A stretch of 64,000 nt of DNA from Bacteroidia bacterium (GCA_039630325.1 JBCNVG010000028.1:16242-80241); one strand, 5' to 3'. Counted from the stretch's first letter, positions 9,106 to 19,091 are shown. Notes: generated by a model from the sequence alone, not told the origin. Numbers and translations are program-made.

Positions 9106-10755
9106 CTACTTTAAGTTTCTTGCAGAGGTTTGGGGTTTGGCCTTCTCAGGCGGGAGTACTTCACCCATGCAGGAAACAAGGCGTTCTAAGGCCTCCAATC
9201 CATCGGCTTCTTCTGGGGCTTTGTCTCGACGCCAAGCGAGGATACGAGGAAATCGCACCGCATATCCGCATTTATGCCGATTAGATACTTGTATGCCTTC
9301 AAACCCGATCTCAAATACCCATACGGGGGGGACCTTCACCACAGGGCCTATTTTGTCTACGGCATGGGTCCGAATCCAGCGAGTCAGCTCTCGCATCTCT
9401 TCATCTGTGAGCCCAGAATAGGCTTTAGCGAAGGTGACTAACTGACCTTGGCGATCCCACAAGGCAAAGGTGAGATCCGTAAACCATCCTGACCGTCGTC
9501 CATGCCCACGCTGCGCATACACGAGTACCGCATCTACACTGAAGGGATTTCGTTTGTATTTCCACCAGTAGCCGCGGCGTCTGCCTACGAGATAGGGACT
9601 ATCCTTTCTCTTGAGCATCAGCCCCTCCGCTCCCAGAGGCGGCTCCATCCGATATCGCTCCAGCGTCTCCCAATCCCCCACTTCCACAATAGGGGAAAGC
9701 TCCACAAAAGGATACTGCTCTCTCAAAGCCTCCAAATGCCGCCGACGCTCCGATAAAGGCCAAGCTCGTATATCCTCTCCATTCCATTCCAGAAGGTCAT
9801 AGGCAAAAATCGTCGCAGGGCATTCCCTCAAAAGAGCAGGGGAGAGTTTTTTGCGCATCAGTCGCTTCTGAAGGAGAGAAAATGGCTGGACTATTCCATC
9901 TCGCACTACCAGCAGCTCGCCATCTATTACGATTCCTGATGGTAGATGTTTGAAGCGTTCGATAATATCCGGGAACCCCTCGGTGATACACACGCCTCCG
10001 CGGGTCCATAAAGCAAACTTACCTTCTCTTTTGACAAGCTGGACACGCATTCCATCCCATTTCCATTCTACCTGATAGGCGGATAGGTTTCCTATCTTAG
10101 ACTGAAAATCTTTCCCTAACTCATCCACCGCATAGGCCAGAAAAAACGGATATGGCGCCAGAGTAACTGTCTGCCCAGCCCGCAGATACTCGTAGAAGTA
10201 GGGGGATGGACTCCACTCTGCACTGAGCTGCTGAGCGACCTGCGGCTCTGGTATATGAAGCGCTTCCGAAATAGCTCGGACAAGTAATCCTTCAGCCACA
10301 CCCACTCGCATTGCTCCCAAAAGAATTTTATGGAGTAGAAAGGCTTCCCAAAAACTGAGCTTCCCCCAATAGTGCTGTAGCCACTGGCGCTGATCTGACT
10401 CTGGAAGCTTAGCGAGCTTAGGGAGCTCTACTTCGGCAAGCTGCGTCATGGAGAGTTCGCCACTGAATGGATTGCCTCGGTTAGGTAGAAGCAAAGCTAC
10501 CGTCTCTGAGAGATCTCCAACATAATGATAGCAATCCTCCACTATCTCTGCAGGCAAGCCCAAATACGCTGCGAGCCACAACCGAAGCTTTCTCGGCGAA
10601 ACGAAACGGCGAGCATGGCCGCCTTGCAATAGTTTCACCGCCCAGGCGGCTTCGTGTGAATCCGCTGCCTGAAAATATTCTACTAGCGCTTTCAGCTTGG
10701 CATTTTGACTCTGAGTCTGGTCCAAAGCCCTATACAGTGCAATGAAACGCTCCAT
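9106..10755 (-). CDS. ATP-dependent DNA ligase (three-domain DBD-adenylation-OB type, similar to the ligase-associated DNA-damage-response class)
   Basis: 549-aa ORF with adenylation motif I KxDG (VEWKWDGMRVQL), downstream motifs (DGELLV, EGLMLK, WWKYK) and a long N-terminal DNA-binding-domain-like region. Confidence 0.9.
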   Translation of the reverse strand: MERFIALYRALDQTQSQNAKLKALVEYFQAADSHEAAWAVKLLQGGHARRFVSPRKLRLWLAAYLGLPAEIVEDCYHYVGDLSETVALLLPNRGNPFSGELSMTQLAEVELPKLAKLPESDQRQWLQHYWGKLSFWEAFLLHKILLGAMRVGVAEGLLVRAISEALHIPEPQVAQQLSAEWSPSPYFYEYLRAGQTVTLAPYPFFLAYAVDELGKDFQSKIGNLSAYQVEWKWDGMRVQLVKREGKFALWTRGGVCITEGFPDIIERFKHLPSGIVIDGELLVVRDGIVQPFSLLQKRLMRKKLSPALLRECPATIFAYDLLEWNGEDIRAWPLSERRRHLEALREQYPFVELSPIVEVGDWETLERYRMEPPLGAEGLMLKRKDSPYLVGRRRGYWWKYKRNPFSVDAVLVYAQRGHGRRSGWFTDLTFALWDRQGQLVTFAKAYSGLTDEEMRELTRWIRTHAVDKIGPVVKVPPVWVFEIGFEGIQVSNRHKCGYAVRFPRILAWRRDKAPEEADGLEALERLVSCMGEVLPPEKAKPQTSARNLK

Positions 10756-10833
10756 CTATTGCTCATGAACATAATCATCCCAGCTAACATGAAAAGGACC
10801 TCGAAGCCTATCATGGGTAGCCTAATGTTTGAG

Positions 10834-11694
10834 CTATAAGCTAAAATTTATATCTATTCGGTCGCGCAGGGCCGAAAATAACTGCTTCTTATCGTGTTCC
10901 CCAGTGTGCTCATAAGCGGCTTCCAAATGTCTGATTAGCCGTACAATGATATATGGGTGGGAAAGTGAGGCATAATGCGCCAAGTTCTCGGACAATCCCG
11001 CACTGCGCAGAGCCTGCTGGAGCTGGCCGGCTAATAGGATGAAGCCTTTTCGGTAAGGGTCTATGTAGAAATGAATATTTCCATCAAAATATCGGATTAA
11101 GTACTGGGAGCCGATAGAGACCACCGCCACTTGCAAACCAAGCTCCGATGCCAGGAGGTAGTATAATACTGCCAAGGAGAAACTATTTCCTCTACGAGTA
11201 TCTAACACCTCATGTAGATAATAATAGCGGGGATCCATCGGACGAGTCAGCTCCGCTTGAAAGCGCTCCTGCACAAAAAGCTGTCGATTGATGACTAAAA
11301 GCTTCTCAAACGGGTCTCCATGCGTAGGCATTTGAAGCCAAGTCGTATGAATCAGCCGCCTGTATGCATTGGTATATTTGGAGAGATTGAGGGAAGGGTA
11401 GCGCAGTTGAGCCACATACATGATCGCAGGAAACAGGGGTTGCTCTGGCGCTAACCGCCACTCATAAAGAAGCTGCCCTACCACCTCGAGCTGTACAAGC
11501 TCTAACAGTTCCTCTATTCGGCGTTGTACGATAGGATCCGATGTCTCTAACCACTTCTGCTCTAATAGAGGTATCACAGACTGCCCAGCCGAGAGGCAGA
11601 CCTCTTCAATATGGGACTGTACCTGCGGATCTGGATCATCTATCAGATGCAAGAGCGCACGAAGCTGGTTGGTCTCCACTATACAAAAGTGCAT
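10834..11694 (-). CDS. transglutaminase-like / SirB1 (UPF0162) family protein
   Basis: The core RRGNSFSLAVLYYLLASELGLQVAVVSIGSQYLIRYFDGNIHFYIDPYRKGFIL matches the Transglut_core2/SirB1 pattern. Start is ATG 11694 (MHFCIVE) or ATG 11763 (the ORF track start, which would overlap the divergent gene). Confidence 0.6.
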   Translation of the reverse strand: MHFCIVETNQLRALLHLIDDPDPQVQSHIEEVCLSAGQSVIPLLEQKWLETSDPIVQRRIEELLELVQLEVVGQLLYEWRLAPEQPLFPAIMYVAQLRYPSLNLSKYTNAYRRLIHTTWLQMPTHGDPFEKLLVINRQLFVQERFQAELTRPMDPRYYYLHEVLDTRRGNSFSLAVLYYLLASELGLQVAVVSIGSQYLIRYFDGNIHFYIDPYRKGFILLAGQLQQALRSAGLSENLAHYASLSHPYIIVRLIRHLEAAYEHTGEHDKKQLFSALRDRIDINFSL

Positions 11695-11740
11695 AGGGGA
11701 TTGAGATTGTGAAACGAAAGATTTTTGTATCTTTGATGAG

Positions 11741-12145
11741 ATGAGAATCCTCGCCTGCACCATGCTTCTTGCCGCTCTATGGGCTCAAGAAGAGAGCCGA
11801 TCTCATACCACTACTCCTACTTCTACCCGTTCCCAGACTCGCGCTGTATCTCCAGCCCCCCCAGCTAAACAGGAGGTAGTTGTAATGGAGACAGTATCGG
11901 GACAGATTACGAATAAGTCTGGAGAAGGAGTTGCTAACCTAAAACTATGGATTCTGGACAAAGCTACTGGTAAGGTATTGGGGCAAACTGTTACAGACAA
12001 CGAGGGTAACTATGCCCTCGTGATACCTGCTTCAGCCCAAAGTGTCATCGTACGGATGAGCAAGGATGGCAAATCCTTCACAGAAAAAGAATACAACTTG
12101 AATGACCTCATAGGAGCAGCTTCTGATATTGTGTATGACCCCTGA
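11741..12145 (+). CDS. small secreted CarboxypepD_reg-like domain protein
   Basis: 134-aa ORF with a signal peptide (MRILACTMLLAALWAQ) and the pattern GQITNKSGEGVANLKLWILD...TDNEGNYALVIPA, typical of carboxypeptidase regulatory-like beta-sandwich domains. A TATCTTTG box lies 5 nt upstream. Confidence 0.6.
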   Translation: MRILACTMLLAALWAQEESRSHTTTPTSTRSQTRAVSPAPPAKQEVVVMETVSGQITNKSGEGVANLKLWILDKATGKVLGQTVTDNEGNYALVIPASAQSVIVRMSKDGKSFTEKEYNLNDLIGAASDIVYDP

Positions 12146-12164
12146 GAAGCGCTAACTTTATCGC

Positions 12165-15100
12165 ATGCGATGGATAGGTCTGCTCCTCCCCCTTGTATGG
12201 GGCCAGGAGTGGATATGGCCCAAACGAATTCTATTTGAGTTTCGAGAGAATTACTCAATCCAGAATAAACCTGAAGAGCTGGAAAGCCTACGGAGCTACC
12301 TAAATGGAACTATCTCCAAACGGTTCCCCACCCTTCAAAGCAAACAGCCCATATACGCCCTTGACTATCAAGCAGATCTGCCTCCAGGCTACGTGGCCAA
12401 GCTCTGGAAACGTAGTCCAGCCGTTGCGTACGCAGAACCAGAATATATTCCTCACCCCTTAGACCCTCTGCCACTTCCTATCCTTTCAATCCCCCAAGAG
12501 GAAATCACTTATTCTCCAAATGACCTTCATCCGAATAACTTCTGCATTGCCCACATGCGCGTCCTGCAAGCGTGGGATAGTACCCAAGGGGATACTAATG
12601 TAGCCATAGGTATTGTAGATACTGATGTTCGTTTTGATCATCCTGACCTTATCGACAATATAGCCTACAACTGGGATGACCCCATAAACGGGATAGATGA
12701 TGACGGTGATGGATATGTAGATAACTTTCAAGGATGGGATTTAGTTGGAGCGAGCTATGGAGGTGCAGGGCCTTTTTCTCCCGATAATGATCCTCGGCGC
12801 TCTACAGGAGGACACGGCACGTGGGTGAGTGGGTACGCTGGCGCCACTACGGATAATGGAATAGGCATTGCTGCCCCAGCTTTCAAATGCCGCATCTTGC
12901 CTGTCAAGACAGCTCCCGATAATCAAGACATCCTCTGGGCAGCTTATGACGGTATACTTTATGCCGCTCAAAAGGGAGCCAAAGTAATCAACTGTTCATG
13001 GGGAAGTACGTTTCGAAGCCAAGCGGCTCAAAACTTCATTTCTCAAGTTATAAATACCTATGATCCTCTTATCGTTGCTGCCGCGGGGAATGTCCCACCA
13101 GATACGCCGGCAAAGTTTTATCCTGCTCAATACGACGGCGTTGTTTCTATAACGGCTGTAAATACCAATGATGTTTGGGGAGGCTGGGTCCAGATAGGCT
13201 ATGACATAGATTTAGCCACCACAGGTGAAGGGATTACGACGAGTGGGGTAAATGGCTATTTCACATTTGGTGCGACGACCTCGTTTGCTGCTGGTCAGGC
13301 TTCGGGAGCTGCCGCTCTCCTACGGGCCTGGCGCCCCGACTTGAATGCTCGCCAAATCGCTGAGCTTCTTCGAATTACCGCAGATTCCGTGGAGTCTGCT
13401 AATCCCCCTCACCTCCGATATCGCCTCGGACGCCGCATCAATCTCCACCGCGCTATCCTCACGAGAGATACACCCGCCTGCCGAATCACCAGCTGGCAAA
13501 TGTATGATGCTAACGACAGCCTTCCCTTCGCTGGAGAAACCTTTTATCTCACTGCGGCATACACTAACTATTTGTCCCCTGTAACCAATCTCTCCGTCAG
13601 CATAGAACCCCTCACGCCGCATCTTCAAGTACAGCAAGGAAACTACGCTATCGGGTCCTTAGGTACGCTTCAAAATCACACGCAGACGGCACCTTTTGCT
13701 TTACAGGTACTTCCTTCCTGCCCACCTAACGCTCGTTTACCTATTTTATTCCGCTTCAGCGGCGATGGGGGCTATTCCGATTATCAAGTAATAGAAGTGA
13801 CAGGCATAAACCCTGCTTATGTGCATTTAGACTCGGCTCAACTGCGAACGACGCTATGCGGAAATGGAAGGATTGGATACTATGACCCCCCCGCAAACAC
13901 CCAAGGTAGGGGCGTGCTGTGGGACTCCTTCACGGAATCTTGGCTATTTGAGGGAGGCTTAGTTGTAGCGGATGATACAAGTGCTCACCTGAGTACTCGG
14001 CGCCCCATAAGTGGTATGTTCAATCATTTTTCACCTACAACTGCAGCCTCTCATACAGTCGAAGGGCTATATGAAATCGGGGAAGTGAACTTTATGGATG
14101 CGGGGGGCATTAGCCTAAACTCGCCCACTGGTATTCCAGGAAAGGGGCTTGCTTTCCATGGGCGAGCTTATGCTCCTCGGCACTCACCGGCTGATCCCTT
14201 TGTGGCTTTCGTATATCGGGTTGACAATCTCTCTGCGAATACCTACTCTGACCTCTCCATGGGGTGGTGGTTCGATTTTGATGTAGGGAATAATCCTGCC
14301 ACAGATGCAGCGCTTGTTCATCCTTCCCTGCCCTTGGTATATGCCCGAAATGGTGCTCAGAATCGCTTCATCGGTGTAGTACTTCTTTCAGAGCAACAAC
14401 CTATACGCTGTGTAGGGAGAGTAGATACATTCACTGCGAGCCTTCAGTCTTATCTAAGCCTACTGCGCAGTGGCCCTAGTGCCACCAGCACGAGTGGAGA
14501 CGTTTTTGCTGTAGCTGGATTTAGGGGTATAGCTCTTGGCCCTGGCGACCGAGATACCATAGCCTTTGCCCTCGTAGGCGGTACTACCCTCACAGATCTC
14601 ATGACCCATGCCCAGGAAGCTATACACTGGTATACCTGCTTTATCAATGGAACCGCTCCGGCAGTAGATTTAGGTCCCAATCGTACGCTTTGTTATGGAG
14701 ATAGCTTGACAGCGCAAGCTCCCACGGCTAATGAGTACTACTGGACTTACGGGGAAAACACACCTACACTTTATCCCCAGCAGTCAGGTACTTATTGGAT
14801 ACTTGTGAGAGACGGGGCAGGCTGCTGGGGTTACGATGAAGTGGAGATAACTATTCAACGGCTCATCGCCCCTTCTATTAGTTTCAGCCCTGGATTAACC
14901 CTATCCGTCGGCACCCCCTTCACTGCAACCGAGCAAAGTCCGCTTCCCTATTCATACGAGTGGAAAATAGACGGTCAGACCTATAGTGGTCTTTCCTTTA
15001 CTCATACTTTCATGCAGGCAGGCACTTATACGCTATGGCTCTACCGCACAGACGGCACCTGCCGAGATAGTATGAGCTGGCAAATAATAGTCTCTACCTC

Positions 15101-15356
15101 TACGACCTTCTCTGGTGCTCGGAATCGCTCCATACGCTTCTACCCCAATCCTACTTATGGAACCTTCACCGTAGAATACGATGTCCCCACTTTGCAAGGG
15201 GAGCGTTTCATCTTATACGACCAAACAGGCAGATGGGTTTGGGAAACAGCTATTCAATCAAGTGGCACTGCTTACAAGCTACCTGAAAGCTTACCTCCTG
15301 GGCTATATTTATGGCGCGTAGGTGAAGAACACGGCCCCCTGCTGTATATCCCCTGA
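12165..15356 (+). CDS. subtilisin-like S8 serine peptidase with T9SS C-terminal sorting domain
   Basis: 1063-aa ORF with candidate catalytic triad contexts GIVDTDV (Asp), GGHGTWVSG (His) and TTSFAAGQASGAAALL (Ser). The C-terminus RFYPNPTYGTFTVEYD...LYLWRV resembles a Por/T9SS CTD. Confidence 0.85.
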   Translation: MRWIGLLLPLVWGQEWIWPKRILFEFRENYSIQNKPEELESLRSYLNGTISKRFPTLQSKQPIYALDYQADLPPGYVAKLWKRSPAVAYAEPEYIPHPLDPLPLPILSIPQEEITYSPNDLHPNNFCIAHMRVLQAWDSTQGDTNVAIGIVDTDVRFDHPDLIDNIAYNWDDPINGIDDDGDGYVDNFQGWDLVGASYGGAGPFSPDNDPRRSTGGHGTWVSGYAGATTDNGIGIAAPAFKCRILPVKTAPDNQDILWAAYDGILYAAQKGAKVINCSWGSTFRSQAAQNFISQVINTYDPLIVAAAGNVPPDTPAKFYPAQYDGVVSITAVNTNDVWGGWVQIGYDIDLATTGEGITTSGVNGYFTFGATTSFAAGQASGAAALLRAWRPDLNARQIAELLRITADSVESANPPHLRYRLGRRINLHRAILTRDTPACRITSWQMYDANDSLPFAGETFYLTAAYTNYLSPVTNLSVSIEPLTPHLQVQQGNYAIGSLGTLQNHTQTAPFALQVLPSCPPNARLPILFRFSGDGGYSDYQVIEVTGINPAYVHLDSAQLRTTLCGNGRIGYYDPPANTQGRGVLWDSFTESWLFEGGLVVADDTSAHLSTRRPISGMFNHFSPTTAASHTVEGLYEIGEVNFMDAGGISLNSPTGIPGKGLAFHGRAYAPRHSPADPFVAFVYRVDNLSANTYSDLSMGWWFDFDVGNNPATDAALVHPSLPLVYARNGAQNRFIGVVLLSEQQPIRCVGRVDTFTASLQSYLSLLRSGPSATSTSGDVFAVAGFRGIALGPGDRDTIAFALVGGTTLTDLMTHAQEAIHWYTCFINGTAPAVDLGPNRTLCYGDSLTAQAPTANEYYWTYGENTPTLYPQQSGTYWILVRDGAGCWGYDEVEITIQRLIAPSISFSPGLTLSVGTPFTATEQSPLPYSYEWKIDGQTYSGLSFTHTFMQAGTYTLWLYRTDGTCRDSMSWQIIVSTSTTFSGARNRSIRFYPNPTYGTFTVEYDVPTLQGERFILYDQTGRWVWETAIQSSGTAYKLPESLPPGLYLWRVGEEHGPLLYIP

Positions 15357-15362
15357 GAAGCG

Positions 15363-15370
15363 TACCTTTG
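15363..15370 (+). promoter_or_regulatory. putative -7 promoter box TACCTTTG, 4 nt upstream of the rpmB ATG
   Basis: Exact TAnnTTTG match. It lies in an 18-nt junction that is nearly identical to the junction at 12146..12164. Confidence 0.5.
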
Positions 15371-15374
15371 CCCC

Positions 15375-15572
15375 ATGGCTCGTGTTTGCATGGCCACCGG
15401 ACGGCGCCCTCGTAGTGGCTATAACGTCTCTCATTCTAATAGACATACCAAGCGCCGCTTTGACATCAACTTACAGCGGAAACGGCTCCCTCTTGGTGGT
15501 GAAATCACGGAACTCCGCCTCACGACTCGTGCCCTCAAGACCCTTTATCGGAAAGGCTACCTTCCTCACTGA
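15375..15572 (+). CDS. rpmB: 50S ribosomal protein L28
   Basis: 65-aa ORF MARVCMATGRRPRSGYNVSHSNRHTKRRF..., the canonical L28 N-terminus. Confidence 0.9.
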   Translation: MARVCMATGRRPRSGYNVSHSNRHTKRRFDINLQRKRLPLGGEITELRLTTRALKTLYRKGYLPH

Positions 15573-17121
15573 GGAGGGCCATAGCTCGCCCTATCCACCT
15601 TAAAAGGATACCGGCCGTCAGGCTGGCAGGATTTTCTCGTTTAGAAAAAAGTCGCACAGCTGCTCCTTGTATAGCGACAGCTACCAGCGTCGACTGCAAT
15701 GGCGAGACCCCTTGAGCCAAGAATCCCGTAATAAGCCCCGTAAGTACATCGCCCGTACCTGCTGTGGCCAACCCTGGCTCCATGAGAGAAAAAAAGTAAG
15801 CTTCCCCCTTCGGAGTAGCGATGATGGGGTTAGCTCCTTTGAGGAGGATGAGTGCCCCTGTTCTTTGGGCCAAATGAAGGGCTGATTCTAAACGACGCGC
15901 TTGAATCGCCTCTGAGGTGGTACGAAGTAAACGGGCTGCCTCACCTGGATGGGGTGTCAAAATACAGCTTTGGGGAAGCATAGCCAGAAGCTCCTCATTA
16001 GTAGCAAGAATATTTAAGGCATCAGCATCTATGACGCAAGGGACTTTGACCTGGGGGAGGAGTTCCCGAAGAAAAGCCTGCGTATCTGGGACATTTCCTA
16101 AGCCGGGCCCCACTGCCACAGCACTTTTGTCTGACAGATGCTGTCGCGCCCAGAGACCCGCAGTCTGATTGAGATAGGGGAAGGCAGGATCCCCATACGA
16201 GACACTCATCCCACTCAGCGTACGCCGATGAAAGCTACTTACCGCCGAACCTGGTATCAGTGCTGTCGCCAATCCTGCACCCGCTCGCAAAGCAGCTAAG
16301 GTCGCTAATGCTGCTGCCCCTCCTTTGCCCCGAGATCCCCCGATGATGAGAGCATGGCCAAAAGTACCCTTATGAGCATCTAGCGGACGCGCAGGAAAAA
16401 ATCGTTTTACGCTTCTCAGATTTACCCAGAAAGTCCGCGTCCCTATGCGCTCTATTACCTCCGAGTACATTCCGATATCCACCACATGAACCTTTCCACA
16501 ATAGAGAGCAGCAGGCGTAACTAAATGGCATATTTTTGCCGTTTGAAAGGTTATCGTATGCTCACATCGCAAAGGTTCATTCACTAGCGCCCCTGTATCC
16601 CCGCTCAGCCCCGAAGGCAAGTCAATCGCTACCACAGGAAGATTTAAGCTGCGCAGAAAATCAATCAGAGAAGCCTGCATCGGCTTGAGCCTTTCTGAAA
16701 GTCCAACGCCGATCAGAGCATCTATCAGGATGGGGCGTGGTTCACTCTCTGCAAAAGTTTGCAGCTTCCTGAGGCTATCTGGGGAAAGCAAATGGCAGGT
16801 AAGGCCGAAACGAGTGAGAATATCATACTGAATACGAGAGAGGGCAGAGAGCTTATCTGGCGGATTAGTCAGAAGAATGAAAAGCTCTTTCCCCGCCTTA
16901 CGAAGGTATCTGGCAATCACTAAACCATCTCCACCATTATTCCCGCCCCCTGCCGCTACAACAAAGCGTTTGGCGTCGGGATACAGTTTGCGAATCAAGG
17001 AAGCAGCCCGCCGTCCCGCCGTCTCCATAAGTAAGACCCCCAAATACCCATACTCTAACTGCATGATTTCGTCTGCCCGGCGCGCTTGTGCCGAGTTAAA
17101 GACAGGCTTCATGATTGACAA
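15535..17121 (-). CDS. nnr: bifunctional NAD(P)H-hydrate repair enzyme (epimerase / ADP-dependent dehydratase, YjeF)
   Basis: 528-aa ORF with an N-terminal YjeF_N domain (GGGNNGGDGLV) and a C-terminal carbohydrate-kinase-like domain (GGSRGKGGAAALA, GTGDVLTG). Its 3' end overlaps rpmB by 38 nt. Confidence 0.9.
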   Translation of the reverse strand: MSIMKPVFNSAQARRADEIMQLEYGYLGVLLMETAGRRAASLIRKLYPDAKRFVVAAGGGNNGGDGLVIARYLRKAGKELFILLTNPPDKLSALSRIQYDILTRFGLTCHLLSPDSLRKLQTFAESEPRPILIDALIGVGLSERLKPMQASLIDFLRSLNLPVVAIDLPSGLSGDTGALVNEPLRCEHTITFQTAKICHLVTPAALYCGKVHVVDIGMYSEVIERIGTRTFWVNLRSVKRFFPARPLDAHKGTFGHALIIGGSRGKGGAAALATLAALRAGAGLATALIPGSAVSSFHRRTLSGMSVSYGDPAFPYLNQTAGLWARQHLSDKSAVAVGPGLGNVPDTQAFLRELLPQVKVPCVIDADALNILATNEELLAMLPQSCILTPHPGEAARLLRTTSEAIQARRLESALHLAQRTGALILLKGANPIIATPKGEAYFFSLMEPGLATAGTGDVLTGLITGFLAQGVSPLQSTLVAVAIQGAAVRLFSKRENPASLTAGILLRWIGRAMALLSEEGSLSDKGS

Positions 17122-17123
17122 AA

Positions 17124-19091
17124 CTACGACGGGGTAGGCTTTGCCGCCCGAAAAGCTACAGCTTCCTCGCTTTGAACGAGGGGCTTATACTTGAGAGAAG
17201 GGGACTGTAAAAAAGGCCCAATACCGTAGGATTCCCAACGCTGATCCACTCGGGCAATAATATCATCGGACATTACAATCACATTGGGCCAATCTCGGCT
17301 AAATCCATCCAGTTCGGCGGTCTTTGTACTCGCATCTAATATCAGATGAGGCAGTCCATCCGAATCCTCCACTATACGCACATCTCGCCGCATATCGGTA
17401 TTATTGGCAAATCGCCAGAACACATCCCCCAAATCTTGTATCGGCATCTCCCCATCAATCACCAGAATAACCTTCACCCCTCGGAAAGCCGGATGATGAG
17501 CTAAAGCTTCGGCGAGACGGCGACCATGATGAAGCTGACTTTTATAGAAAGCACCTATCCACACAGGAATACCAGCTTCTATCAGGCGAAGATTAACTTC
17601 TCGCAGCTCGGGAAAATCTTGTCGTAAAGCAGAAAGGGCAAGCTGAGCCGGATCTGGCTTTGGATATACTATTGGAGGCAAAGTATGCTCCTCAGGATAC
17701 TTGCGTGTACCATCTATGCCCAACTTGCCTCCAAATCCCATTTGGCTGCAAGAGTGATCTAGGACATCGATCGGTCCCTGGGAAAAAACTATATCTGTGC
17801 GCAAATCAGCATTCTGGGCCAAAGCCCGCGCCACCGCCCAGTAATCTCGTAAGCACACATCCGCATCCACTATTAGGGCAATCTTTGTGAACATAAGCTG
17901 GCCTGCTCCCCATAGTGTATGGATAGCTTTCATACCTTGACCAGGGTACTCTTTCTGGATAGACGCGATAGCCAGGTTGTGAAATACACCCTCTATGGGA
18001 AGCTCCATATCCACAAGCTCAGGAATGAAAGTAAGCCTTAGGGGAGCCAAGAATATACGCTCTGTGGCTTTGCCGAGCCAGGCATCCTCCTGGGGAGGAA
18101 TGCCCACAATCGTCGCCGGATAGATGGCCCCTTTCCGATGAGTGATTGCCGTAACATGAAACGCAGGATAGTAATCTGGGAGCGAGTAGTATCCCGTATG
18201 ATCCCCGAAAGGCCCCTCCAAGCGCAGAGGTTCATTAGGGTCTACATACCCTTCTATGACAATATCAGCGTCGGCTGGAACCTCTATGGGCTGAGTAACG
18301 CATGGCACCAGTTCCACAGCGCGCTGACGCAGAAAACCTGCTAAAATGTATTCGTCTATATTTTCAGGTAAAGGCGCCGTCGCCACATAAGTATAAACAG
18401 GATCCCCGCCTAATACAATGGCGACAGGCATTTTTTCTCCTCGAGCTTTCCATGCTTCATAGTGCCTGCGGGAAACTTTATGGAGCTGCCAGTGAATCGC
18501 TGTCGTGTAATCATCAAACACTTGTACCCGATACATACCTACATTTCGCATCCGAGTTTCAGGATGGTAGGTATGAACGATAGGGAGGGTGATAAATGGC
18601 CCGCCATCCTTAGGCCAGCATTTCAATATGGGAAGCATAGACAGACGCGCTTCTTTCCCTGTATAAACCACCTCCTGGCAAGGTGGCTTGCCCCAGCGCC
18701 ATCGGCGCGGCATATATCCAGCGACCTCCCCCAGCGTAGGCAGAAGAGCAAGTTTTTCTCGGAGCGAGGCTTTCGGACCAGTTAGCTGCCGAAATAGGCT
18801 AAGGATACGCTGTGAAATCTCTTCGATATGCTGCACCCCCAAAGCTATAGCCATTCGTTTCTCCGAGCCGTATGCATTCATCAGGACAGGGAAGCGCGTG
18901 CCAGTTTCTTCAAATAATATAGCAGGCCCGCCACTTTTACTCAGACGATCGATAATCTCTGTCATTTCTAAATGCGGAGAGACTGGCACCCGCACGCGCC
19001 TTAGCTCGCCATGCTGCTCTAACCGCCTGATGAAAGCCTGCAATCCCCCTACCTTTTTCACACCCAATAGAACAAAACTGAATAGGGCCAA
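17124..19091 (-). CDS. ubiD: UbiD-family (prenylated-FMN dependent) decarboxylase, long form
   Basis: 655-aa ORF. The N-terminus LQAFIRRLEQHGELRRVRVPVSPHLEMTEI and the core (VPADADIVIEGYVDP...EGPFGDHTGYY) are typical UbiD. The exact start is uncertain; TTG 19091 is the ORF-track start. Confidence 0.85.
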   Translation of the reverse strand: MALFSFVLLGVKKVGGLQAFIRRLEQHGELRRVRVPVSPHLEMTEIIDRLSKSGGPAILFEETGTRFPVLMNAYGSEKRMAIALGVQHIEEISQRILSLFRQLTGPKASLREKLALLPTLGEVAGYMPRRWRWGKPPCQEVVYTGKEARLSMLPILKCWPKDGGPFITLPIVHTYHPETRMRNVGMYRVQVFDDYTTAIHWQLHKVSRRHYEAWKARGEKMPVAIVLGGDPVYTYVATAPLPENIDEYILAGFLRQRAVELVPCVTQPIEVPADADIVIEGYVDPNEPLRLEGPFGDHTGYYSLPDYYPAFHVTAITHRKGAIYPATIVGIPPQEDAWLGKATERIFLAPLRLTFIPELVDMELPIEGVFHNLAIASIQKEYPGQGMKAIHTLWGAGQLMFTKIALIVDADVCLRDYWAVARALAQNADLRTDIVFSQGPIDVLDHSCSQMGFGGKLGIDGTRKYPEEHTLPPIVYPKPDPAQLALSALRQDFPELREVNLRLIEAGIPVWIGAFYKSQLHHGRRLAEALAHHPAFRGVKVILVIDGEMPIQDLGDVFWRFANNTDMRRDVRIVEDSDGLPHLILDASTKTAELDGFSRDWPNVIVMSDDIIARVDQRWESYGIGPFLQSPSLKYKPLVQSEEAVAFRAAKPTPS

